The position numbers and the translations under genes are program-made. The notes beneath the pieces are model-generated. The model had not been told where the DNA came from. It did not search any database and saw only the letters and a list, made by a program, of their open reading frames with translations. Shown here one piece after another: positions 52,935 through 64,000 of a DNA stretch of 64,000 bases. The stretch comes from Hamiltosporidium tvaerminnensis FI-OER-3-3 (taxonomy: Eukaryota; Fungi; Microsporidia): contig CM061252.1 of the NCBI GenBank assembly GCA_022605425.2, positions 1 through 64,000 of the forward strand, read 5' to 3'. Every line of letters begins with the position of its first letter. Position 1 is the first letter of the stretch.

Positions 52935-53500
52935 GAGGGTGTTATTTATATAGGTAGTATAATAAAGGGGTGTTAGTGTGTTATTTGGGTTTTTTATATA
53001 GATAAGAGGGTGTTAAATATAGAAGTAGCATAATAAAGGGGTGTTAGTGTGTTATTTATATGTAGAGGTGTTATTTATATAGGTAGTATAATAAAGGTTC
53101 ATAAAGGGGTGTTAATTATAAACCTAGTAAATAAAAGGGGGGGACAAGCAATAGTGAAATTTAAAAGGTGTTAGAATTAGTAAAATGCTCAATTTTATTA
53201 AAGTAGTCTTATTACTAGTAAGACAATTGTTTAATTAAAGGGGTCTTAATTATACGAATTATTTATTTATGTTAACAGGGTCTTATTAATATTAAGACAA
53301 TAGATTTATAGTATACTGTAATCACTTTAAAAGGTTTTATTTACAACAATTACTTCCTATTATTAACACCCCCTTACCTTACTATACAATTATTACCCTT
53401 ATATATACTCTTATTAACACCCCTTTACATTACCATACAATTATTACCCTTATATATACTCTTATTAACACCCCTTTACCTTACAACAATTTTACCCTTT
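52935..53500. repeat. Convergent spacer with GGGTGTTA units then TTAACACCC units
   Basis: G-form repeats at 52935-53280 and C-form repeats at 53360-53500. Confidence 0.8.
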
Positions 53501-53506
53501 ACCTTA

Positions 53507-55666
53507 TTATATAACATTATCACCCTTTATATATATATACGTATAAATAACACTACATATACAAGCATATAGTAAATAACACCTCTTACCCATATAGTCA
53601 TGTGTTATAGGAAATATATAACTAAAAATAAAACATGTTAACCAATTAACAGTAACACATGTCTTAGCAATAACAGTATTAGAATAACACTTTGTTTTAG
53701 TATTAACAGGGTTATAAGTATTGAGTGTATTTTTAAAGGGGTGTTGTGTAAGTATACTGTTATTAACAGGGTGATAATTATCAGATAGGTTATTAAAGGG
53801 GTGTTGTTCATTAGTACTATTGTTAACGGGGTTATAATTATCTATACTATTGTTAACAGGGTTATAACCATTTACACTGTTACTAACACCCTTATAACCA
53901 TCTACACTGTTACTAACACCCTTATAACCATCTACACTGTTACTAACACCCTTATAACCATCTACACTGTTACTAACACCCTTATAACTATCTTTACTAT
54001 TGTTAACACCTTCATAACTATCTTTACTATCATTAACACCCTTATAACCATGTACACTGTCATTAACACCCTTATAACCATCTATACTATCATTAACACC
54101 CTTATAACCATCTACACTGTTACTAACACCCTTATAACCATCTACACTTTTAATAACACCCTTATAATTATCTACACTGTTGTTAACACCCACTACCATA
54201 TCCTTATCATTAGCACCCTTATAATTATCCTTATCATTAACACCCTTATAATTATCTACACTGTCATTAACACTATCCCCCACCTTACTATTCCCCCCTA
54301 CAAGTTGCCATGGTATAGGTCCTAACCCTATAGTAAACCCTATAAGATATACAAACAAAGAAATAAGTACATTTAAAGAACTACTTAACATCATAAGACC
54401 AACCAGTGTTAATAAATTACTAATTAAAAATATTTTTTTTCTTTCCATTTTTAGTAATATTGATATTAAAGTAAATATAATCATTGTTATATTTATTGTT
54501 ATTATAAGTAAAGTATAAGGTATGTTATTTGATATAAGAAGTGAAGTGTATTGTATTACACCGTTTATACAGGAGAGTTGTTGTAGTATATGAGTGAGTA
54601 AAGAAATAACAAGTGTATTACCAGTATTAGTAATTATAGTATTGTTAGGGGTAGTATTGTTAGTTATAGTATTGTTAGTTAATGTATTGTTATTACTGCT
54701 GTTATTACTGCTGTTATTACAGTCTCTGTTAGTACTGTGGTTGTTAGTATTACAGTTATTACTTTCACAGTTATTACAGTTATTGTTATCACTTCTGTTA
54801 TTACAGTCTTTTTTAGTATCTTTATTGTTTATGCATTTATTTAGGGTTAGGCTAGGGTTAGGATATAGATCTACTGTATTAACAATACTAACACAGTCAC
54901 CAATACTATTGTATTCACTTATTTCTATCTTTTTAAAGTATAGAAGTGTTGAATGTAGAATTATTACTAGAAATAAAATATAAAAAGGTATTTTCCATGT
55001 CTCTAACGTATAAAAAATAAATGAAAAAATTTGTCCAAAAAATATTCCGAGTATAATAAATATTTGATGATAATTCTTTATAAATTTAGATGTATTTGTA
55101 AGAAATGAAGGTACAGATATACTTGTAAGTCCTACTGCCATACCTGTTATTATTCTTGATATACATAGTATTGTATATGAAGTACAAGTGGTGAATAGTA
55201 AGGTAGAAGTAATGTAGAGTAGATTAGCAAGTAAAAGAATATGAAGTGTAGTAGGATTGGTATTAGTATTATTAGTAGTATTAGTAGTAGTAGTAGTATT
55301 ATCATTAGTAATATCAAATCTATCATATCTATCATATCTATCTCTATTAATATCAATACTAGAATTATCTTTATTTTTGTTGATATAACTGCTAGGATTA
55401 GGATATATGTGTTTAGATATGAGAATATAAAAATATTTGAAAAGTGTAGTATGAAAGAGAGCAGTTATAGGTGCACCAAGACTAAGTAAAGCAATGAGAA
55501 ATGCCCATTGTGATGTGGTAGTAAGTATACATGACTTTATAATAGTGTTTTGTGTTGAACAAGTAGAAAATACTTGTTTTGCTGTGTTTATGTTTGTAAG
55601 GTTTATACCGAGAATGAATGAAGAGAGAGATACTGTTAGTGCAAGCATTGCGGGTTTTTTATACAT
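53507..55666 (-). CDS. MFS sugar-porter family transporter, expanded by low-complexity and repeat insertions
   Basis: 719 aa; SRIITGMAVG, QQLSCINGVIQY, IGLGPIPW, VNW; paralog of 56146-57345; upstream cccccctccatATG. Confidence 0.88.
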   Translation of the reverse strand: MYKKPAMLALTVSLSSFILGINLTNINTAKQVFSTCSTQNTIIKSCILTTTSQWAFLIALLSLGAPITALFHTTLFKYFYILISKHIYPNPSSYINKNKDNSSIDINRDRYDRYDRFDITNDNTTTTTNTTNNTNTNPTTLHILLLANLLYITSTLLFTTCTSYTILCISRIITGMAVGLTSISVPSFLTNTSKFIKNYHQIFIILGIFFGQIFSFIFYTLETWKIPFYILFLVIILHSTLLYFKKIEISEYNSIGDCVSIVNTVDLYPNPSLTLNKCINNKDTKKDCNNRSDNNNCNNCESNNCNTNNHSTNRDCNNSSNNSSNNNTLTNNTITNNTTPNNTIITNTGNTLVISLLTHILQQLSCINGVIQYTSLLISNNIPYTLLIITINITMIIFTLISILLKMERKKIFLISNLLTLVGLMMLSSSLNVLISLFVYLIGFTIGLGPIPWQLVGGNSKVGDSVNDSVDNYKGVNDKDNYKGANDKDMVVGVNNSVDNYKGVIKSVDGYKGVSNSVDGYKGVNDSIDGYKGVNDSVHGYKGVNDSKDSYEGVNNSKDSYKGVSNSVDGYKGVSNSVDGYKGVSNSVDGYKGVSNSVNGYNPVNNSIDNYNPVNNSTNEQHPFNNLSDNYHPVNNSILTQHPFKNTLNTYNPVNTKTKCYSNTVIAKTCVTVNWLTCFIFSYIFPITHDYMGKRCYLLYACICSVIYTYIYIKGDNVI

Positions 55667-56145
55667 ATGGAGGGGGGGTATTTAGTTTTGATTTATATTT
55701 TAGATTTACTTATATTGATTAGTTTATTTTAGATATCTTATATTAGTTTGACTTATATATGATTTTCTTATTAGTTTTTCTTATATATGATTTTCTTACA
55801 TTAGTTTGACTTATATATGATTTTCTTATTAGTTTTACTTGTTAGATTTGTATATTAGATCAAATATAGATAAATTAAATTTTTTTAAATAAGAAAATAT
55901 AAAGAATATTGAAGTAGAATAACAAATAAAATGAAATAATATGAATACTTAATTATAATACTAACTAGGAATAAGAAAATTTATAAGAATAATAAATTCA
56001 AAAGGTACTTAATCATTAAAAATAAATTACTGAATTAGAAATATTGTTACTAAATACAAATAATAGAATCACAAATAAAGCAAAAGAGTTATTATATAAA
56101 TTTAAAATTAAATATAGATTTTTTTCAGTTTTTTTTACTTAAAAA

Positions 56146-57345
56146 TTATATTGCTTGTCCGTATATAGAAATATAGATAGCTAATACAAATATTATGGAG
56201 CCAAATATGGTGTAACACATTTTACCCATATTGGTAAATATTATGGGGAAGATGTAACTGAAGGCGAAGCATGTTATCCAATTTACACCAACTGCTATGT
56301 TGGAACCTACTTCTTTATATTCTGGAGGGAATATGTTACCTAATATGTTCCAGGGGATGGGGCCGAGACCTATTGTGTATCCTAGTATGTATATTGCAAC
56401 GGTAAATTCTATGAATTTACCTGAGGACATCATGAAGAGGCCGAAAGATGTGATGAGAAGGCTTATAAGTAGTAGAGTTCTTCTTTTTATGGTGGCTATT
56501 AGGTAGAAGTGCAGTATTGTGCACAACATCATGACACAACTGATTGAGAGTACTATTTGGGCTGGTGAGAGACTAGAGGCTATGAGCATTGTGGAGTATT
56601 GTATTACGTTGTTTACACAGCTGAGTTGTCTTCCTATGTGTATAGAAAGAGCGGGGAATATGGCTTTTCTTCCTTCTTTGGATGTAAAAATGCTGAAAAT
56701 TGACTTTTTTGTGCTTTCCACGGAAAATTCGACATTTTTTATTAAAAGTAATAAAAATGTGTGGCAAAGTAAAAACATCAAATTTATGTACAATCGAATC
56801 TTCCAGTTATCCACGTTTGTAAATCCAAATGAAAGTACTTGGCCACTAAAAATGCCTACAATTATAAACAGTTGGTTATAATTTATAATGAGTTTGTTTT
56901 TGCTGAGATATGAGATATACAGAGGTACATTAACTGAACAAAGACCTACACCGCATCCTACAATAAATCTACCCAAAACTACTGACAAATAGTTGTATGT
57001 AAAAGCTATTATAGAGAATCCTATTATGTATAAAGCATTGGCTATTAAAAGAAACTTTTTTTTAGAGAGAGATGTATATTTGGACAAGTAAATAGCAAAT
57101 GGTGCGCCTAGACTCAGTATCGATACAAAAAAAGACCATTCATTTTTAGTGCACTGTACACACCTTTTCAAATTAGAATCTTCTTCACTGCATTCCATAA
57201 ATATAGCTGCTGCAGAATCCAATATAGACATATTTAAACCAATACTAAATGCACATAGTCCTGCTATAATAGCAGAAAACTGTATTGCAGCATTCGTATC
57301 AAGAAACCATCTTCTAAAAATGTTGAGATTCTTTTCTTTTTCCAT
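56146..57345 (-). CDS. MFS sugar-porter family transporter (compact hexose-transporter-like)
   Basis: 399 aa, ~12 TM segments; GRFIVGCGVG, VPLYIS, RQLSCVN, IGLGPIPW, IFPPEYK, VNW. Confidence 0.92.
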   Translation of the reverse strand: MEKEKNLNIFRRWFLDTNAAIQFSAIIAGLCAFSIGLNMSILDSAAAIFMECSEEDSNLKRCVQCTKNEWSFFVSILSLGAPFAIYLSKYTSLSKKKFLLIANALYIIGFSIIAFTYNYLSVVLGRFIVGCGVGLCSVNVPLYISYLSKNKLIINYNQLFIIVGIFSGQVLSFGFTNVDNWKIRLYINLMFLLCHTFLLLLIKNVEFSVESTKKSIFSIFTSKEGRKAIFPALSIHIGRQLSCVNNVIQYSTMLIASSLSPAQIVLSISCVMMLCTILHFYLIATIKRRTLLLISLLITSFGLFMMSSGKFIEFTVAIYILGYTIGLGPIPWNILGNIFPPEYKEVGSNIAVGVNWITCFAFSYIFPIIFTNMGKMCYTIFGSIIFVLAIYISIYGQAI

Positions 57346-58584
57346 TATAACGGTTCATTTTCTTACTTTTTATAGTCTTTGTTTGATAAAAATATGTTTG
57401 TGTTTTCTTAAAATGGAAATATTTAAATTGGAATCAATTTTATTTTTTTTGATCTTTTTTATTCCGAAATAGAATTTCAGAAGAAATATAAATTAAAAAT
57501 AAATAGAAGAGCTATAATGACGTAATAGGTTTGATTATAGCTTTTGTTATTCCAATAATTGGTTTTTTGCATTCCAATATATGTTTTAATAGAAATTTAA
57601 GCATTAAAATTGTATTTATTACTGTAATAAAGAAAACATTCTTGTTTAATATTACAACAATTATATTTATTTTATATTTTTATTATTTTTACTTCGATTT
57701 GATTTTTTAAATTTTTTATTTTATTTAAAAGTACCAAAATATTAAAACTACAATATTAGTAAAATTGCTAAGCTTTTTATTTTATGTGTAATATTTATAT
57801 ATAAAAAATATATTTAAATAACTCATGTACTTTGAATCTAATTTTCTTATTTAAATACTTTATAATTTTTTACAAATATATTTTTATAGAAATTCTAATA
57901 TAATTAGTTATTATTAGATAAATTAAATTAAAATATCAAATTATTTCTAATTTAAATTTTTAAATTAAAATTTATGATTGAAAATATTTAAAAGTAGAAA
58001 GTACATAATAATTAGTATAAATATAATATTGTAATAGTTTGTTGTTTTGAAACATTTAAATTCTGGTTAGAATATTTCTAATATCTTTTTTTTCTTGTAA
58101 AATTTGTAATTTATATCTGAATGGTTAATTATAAAGATTTATTTAGAATTTGAATTTTAAAGATTTTATTAGAATATAATTACATTGAATTTCAGTTTAC
58201 TGTAAAACTTGATATATGTTATATATTGTATTGTGTATTTTCTCTACAAATACACATAAATCTATCTTAGTAAATGTTTGGATATTTCTAATTTCTCTTT
58301 TATTTTACTTCTTATTAAATAATTATTGAGTTTCAAAATATTTCCTTTTTTGTTTTTAATATCTTTTAATTATCAGTATTTTTATTTCTTAAACTTTTAT
58401 TGTTGGTTGATAAATTGTTTCTACTGAAAATGATTGAAGTGTATTGATTTGAATTAAGATTGAAAAGTTATAAAGTTTTAATTTTGGTATTTTTTTATTT
58501 AATTGCTAGTTTTGCCAGTAAATAGTTGTAAGTATATGGAAACAACATATTTTTACATTCAATAAAATTAAATAAAAATTTAAA

Positions 58585-58665
58585 TAGAGATATAGAGATA
58601 TATAGATATAGAGATATATAGATATAGAGATATATATATAGAAATAGACATGGAGGTATAGAAAT
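58585..58665. repeat. (GATATA/GAGATA)n microsatellite
   Basis: Directly visible. Confidence 0.8.
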
Positions 58666-61600
58666 AGAAATATAAATATATTTTTCTTTTTTCTTCAGAA
58701 ACCAAATTTAATTCATAACCTTTTCATTTAAGCTTTTAAAATACATCAAATCTGTTTTCTTTTATATTTTTTTGGTTTTTCATATGTTTTTTAGCCGTAT
58801 TTGCTCCAAATATCTAATAAAAGGATTTTATCGTATTGATCTGCGCATATATCTTCATCTGATACATTAGATTTTATTTTTTTGTTTAGTTATATTACAT
58901 TTGATTTTACCAGCTATTTTTTTTTATTAAATTTCTTTTATTTTTCGTTGCCATTCATTTGTTCGAATAGTTTGTTTTATCTAACAAAACAGTTTATCTA
59001 AGCTTTATGAGGTATTAGTAAAAGCAATAATTGTACAGCTTTGTACTTTTTTTAATACAAATATATGTATATATGTAGGTAGATACAATAATTTCAAAAA
59101 ATTAGTTAAAATATATTTTTCATAGTGAACTAATATCAGTTAAATTAATAAATTGCACTGCGAAAACGCTGTATATATTTGACTCAGAGTTATTATTGAT
59201 TATGGTTTAGTAATGTAACAAAAGATAAAATATGACGAAAGTGATAGAACTTAAACTTGCTTTAAAAAAAGCAGAGAAAATGTATACATTGACAATTCCT
59301 TTGATATACTGAAGTCTTTGATGGTTGTTTGACTATAGTCAGTGCAAGAGTTTTTTAGAATTAATACAACAGTTAAAATGTTCTCTTTTAGTATTTGAAC
59401 GCAAGTAGCGTGTGTAAGATTAAATTAAATCATAAATTTATTTCATTAATCTATAAAATACTTATAATTGTCTTACATTCTTCAAAACAATAAAACATTT
59501 TTAAAATATTTTGTGAAATTACTTGATTATATTATAGATTGAAGCTATTGTTTTTGTTAAATGCTTAGTTAATAAATTAGCTTTTTTCTGATTATTATTT
59601 TGAAAAAAATAAATTTATTTATCACTTTTTTACATATCCTTTGACTAAAATTCGAGTTTCTATCTGTATCAATCATACAAATGATTAAAGTATTTTGCTT
59701 TGATTCTATCTGTGGTATAAAATTTACTATGAAACACTGTAAGATACGTTTTGATAATAAAATCGTGAATTTTTAATTTAGATAATATTTAAGATAATTT
59801 AAACATTACTATACATATTTTATAAAATGAACCTTAAGTTTTTAAATTTAAGTTTACTCAGTCTGTAGCGAATGTAAGAAGAACTTTGTAATTTTAAAGA
59901 ATGTTTTCTTATTTACTGTATAAAATACATTTACTGAGTTTAGAAATATTTATATTTATATTTTGATCAATAAGTGACTTTATGCCATATTTCTTATACT
60001 TAATAATTTGTAGATTCTAAGATTCATGATTTCATCTTAAAAAAACATTTTTTTTTACAAAGTTATAAATTTATATGGTCGGTCAGTATAACTGTTGATC
60101 CTCGGATCTAAGAAAAATATTATAAGTTGGTTTTCTTAGATATTTCACTAATCCTTTGTCTATAACTTTTATATTCGTCTTAGGTATTTTATTTATAAAC
60201 AAGATGTTGTCTGAAAAATGTTTTTTTAGTTTATTTCCATTTTTTGAGACTATCTTGTCTAAAAAGACACAAAATATATTAAAAAAACCAATTATTTCTA
60301 GCTTATATATAACCTTGAATTATTTTTTCTCATTTAAATATTACAATTGACAATAAGAATCATATTTTAATAAATTATTCTGTAAAAAGTTATTTAATTT
60401 CACTTTTTTATTATTTGTACGTATTGGTTAGGTTTGGGTTAGTATTGTTTTTCTAATTTACGGCTGAATTCTTTGAGTTTTTAAAATTCGTTTGTATTTA
60501 TTAATGAATTTTAAGGAATATATTTGTTGAATATTAAAATACTCTACAGACACAAATATTAATTCAAGTAAATATATCTTATATTTATACTTATTTCAAG
60601 ATTAGAAGTTCTTAAATAATATTAAAATTCAAAGACATTTATTTATTTCTGAATAGAAATTGATTGAATACATAATTTTTTTATGTTTAGACTGTTTGCT
60701 TAATATTAATATTTAGAAAAACTGGTTCTTTGATCAAATGAACGAAATTTTCTTTTAGAGGGTTTATGTTTTTGAGTTTTTTTCTTTAACCTCATTGTTA
60801 CTTATTAATCATGTAATTCAAACTTTATAAAAATATAGAAGTATAGGTTTTAGTTCAAAGTTGTTTTAGGTACATCTAATATATCTTAGAACAATCTGAA
60901 AAAACAAACAATATATGTATCTTTGGCCAATATTTTGCAACAAGATATTGATACTGCTATCTAAGAACTAACTGTAGAATAATGAATTTAAAAATTTATT
61001 TAGAAAACTATATTTTACACATATTTACTGAATGTGTTATTTTTGAAAAATCGCAAATAAGAAATTTAAATGTGTATTTGCGAATAAAAAAATGTTAAAC
61101 TATGGCTGCAATTTGTTTTTACTTTAAAAACATAAATTTATTTTATTTTCCAGTCTTTTTATTTCCTATGAATTGCCAGATTCATATATTTTTCAGTTAT
61201 ATTTGTCCAGAAAGAGATGAACAAATTATCTCTTAATAAGAACTTTATGAGTCTATAAAGATATAGCAAATTCATATGGAATCCGTTGAAATATAATTTC
61301 TATTTAAGAATTGCTTATTTTAAACCTGGTTAGTTCTTGTCTAAAATATTTATTTCTCTCCAATATTTAAATGCTTAAGCTATTGTCATATTATTACTTT
61401 TAAATAAAAATCCAGTGAAGTAATTATATTTTTTGGATATTTATTGTTCTTCTCGCTAATTTATATCGAATACCCTTCGTTCTAACACATAGAACCAAAG
61501 CCTATACTTTATTCCTTGTTTGATAGATTTAAGAAAATTCTAAGTCAAAATTGTTACGTTTGAATATTTGAGCGTAAAAAAAATTTAGTTTATCTTTTGG

Positions 61601-61800
61601 CCATAAAAGTCAAATTTATTTTTAAAAATTCTATATAAACCGAAACTCTAAATAAAATCATCATATTTGAAACCAGACTTGATTTTTAAGATTTTTTTAA
61701 TTATACTTCTAATAAATGTCGTTAAATGTGTTAACTGTTATCTAGGTGTTGAATAAAAATTCTAATCTTTTTTCTCTTTTAGGTAGAAATTTTTAGTTTG

Positions 61801-62456
61801 GTGTAAAGTAATGCATCAAAAAACATCTGCTTGGTAATAAGTATTTAAAAGGAGCGTTCAAATATTTTTTTTTATGATTTAGTTGGACAAAAAGTATCAC
61901 GTGTTCGGCTGTAAAATCTGAATTTGTATCAACAGAAGAAGATCTTTGTAATGAAGAAAATTTTTATACAAGATTATTTTGTAGTTTTTCATGTAACTAG
62001 ATGTGAAACCACAGCTGAATTTGTCGATGATTTCCATTTAAATACATGGAATTCAGGCGAGGTTTCTACTTTGAAAATAAGTGCGTTTGTGAGAAGCAAA
62101 AAAAATAATTTAACCAGCCAGAAAAGTCAAGTAGCAAGAATATAACTGTTGATGTAATATTGAAAAATCCATGTAGAGTCTATCTAAGTCTATTTAATAA
62201 CCAGAAGGGGAGTCAATGAGAATAGGGCTGGTCAAGATGACCTAAGGGGGACTTTTTCCCTTGAATAAAGTTTAAGAAAAATAAATTAACCAATTATGAG
62301 CAATTGCTTCATCTATTAAATGAGTTCTGTATATATTTAGATGCAAATCTTTGGAATTTAGGTATCCTAAGGGATACCCAAAGAATGTTGAAGGGGCAGT
62401 ATCTATGTATAACTCAGAAAAGCGCTAAAAAATTTAAAAATTATAACTTTGTAACT
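61801..62456 (+). ncRNA. Strongly decayed copy D of the ~700-nt structured repeat family
   Basis: Collinear anchors: tctgcttggtaataagtat, tttgtagtttttcatgtaac, ccacagctgaatttgt, agccagaaaagtcaagtagca, ccatgtaga, ctttggaatttaggtatc, gcagtatctatgt. Confidence 0.55.
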
Positions 62457-64000
62457 TTTCTATAAAAATTTATATTCACATACTAGGTTGACTTTTTTAA
62501 AAGAATGAGATATTTGTTAAATAAATTAGGCGGTTAAGTAGACATTGTTACCCGTGATTTTTTATAAATTTAAAGTTATAATTTATAATCTTAGTATTAA
62601 ATCATTAAAAATAGAATTAATACAATTAAAAAATCAGCTAATGTTCCTTAAAAATACATATTCTACTAAAAAAATATTTTGTGATAAATTTGATGTTTAC
62701 GGTTGCACGTAAAATATTGTTCGTATTAATTTAAATTTAAGATATAAAACTTTAGAAATAGAATTACAATATAATTAATATTACTATAAAAAGCAAAAGC
62801 TTTTATTTTTTACTTTAATTTATATAGTTTGCAAGCAAAATTTTCAATTCATTAAAACTAATAGCTTTATAAATCCGATCTTCTAATAGCCTCTTTAAAC
62901 ATTTAAGAACCTAGTTATCTGCATATAGAAATTATATTTTATTCAAACCAGAGAGGTAAAAATTATATGATAAATAGAATATGAAACTTTAAGAATCCTA
63001 TATATTCATTATTTTCCAGATATTATGTAAGATTTTTTAAATGTACAATTTGAACAATTATATATATTTTTTTCTCAGTATAAATAAAATTATGAATTAA
63101 GTGAAAGTACAATTCATAAAAAACATTATTAATTTATTTTTTATAGAAATTAAATAACAGCTAATTTATAGCAAACTAAATTCTTAAATGACTAAGTTAA
63201 AATAAAAAAGGAATATTTATGTTATATAATTGTTGCGATTACAAATACTATGATTGAAAATTGTTAGCACATGTTACTAGATTTATCTTTCTAATTACAA
63301 TATTGTAAAATTAATTTGAGAATATTAATGATACAAATTAAAAGCTTTAAATTATCCCTAACTTGAAATTTTAAAGTATTTTTTTTGGTTTTTCATACCT
63401 GAAATGTTCTATTAAAAGTACTTTTAAAAATAACAAATATATTATCAACATTCATTTCAATATTTCGAAATTGTAAACACAAAGAAATATACTTTTTTCA
63501 CTTTGGTCTTTAAACTTACTTTATAATTTTTTAAAAATATCATTATACTGGTTTTATATACTCGTGTTATAAGCTACTTCTAATCAGTTATAATATGTTA
63601 ATACATTTGTATCAATTCTAAATATTGTTATGTAAATTTTTTAAGGCGTAAAATATATGGAAATAATTTGAATTGATATTAACTAAATTAAAATTGCAAT
63701 AAATAAAGATTTATTTAAGATTTTTTTGATTTTCCAAGTAAACAGAACGAAAAGAAAATAGAGAAACAACCGAGTATTTCTGTACAGTGTATGATATCTA
63801 TCGATCTAAATAACTGTATTATAACTACAGTGGGTTGAAAAAATATACCACTTACTTGTGCAAACACTGGTGATTTGTAAGATATAAGCAATAAATATAT
63901 AGTATTTTGACAAAGTGACAGTATATTCGCTGCAAATATATGAAATATTTGTCTGCCTTGTGTTGGAATACTTATTTCATCAATAGATTTTAAATTTACT

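Noticed and set aside
52237-55489. Hydrophobic or repetitive antisense and alternate-frame ORFs (e.g. 52237-52608, 52305-52634, 53801-54325, 54594-54983; also 47312-47722)
   Set aside because: Shadow frames of low-complexity repeats.

Overview
Left end of a very AT-rich eukaryotic chromosome, most likely microsporidian (TTAGGG telomere, compact intronless housekeeping genes, CCC motif just before most start codons). From the telomere inward: a (CCCTAA)n tract; a highly decayed ~186-bp tandem array; ~30 kb with no intact gene, holding two head-to-tail, inactivated APE-RT non-LTR retrotransposons; then DBP5, PIG-V/GPI18, STE24, SPT4, PIS1, importin alpha, one hypothetical protein and two tandem sugar-porter MFS genes, separated and partly invaded by GGGTGTTAA/TTAACACCC repeats. 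The most unusual object is a dispersed ~700-nt non-coding repeat family with raised GC content. It has two well-preserved copies (34565-35290, 39503-40225) and two decayed ones (29165-29831 on the minus strand, 61801-62456). It carries GNRA and cUUCGg hairpins, long-range helices and substitutions that preserve pairing, so it looks like a large structured RNA that has been copied around the genome. I could not assign it to a known class. All alignments and folds were done by eye.
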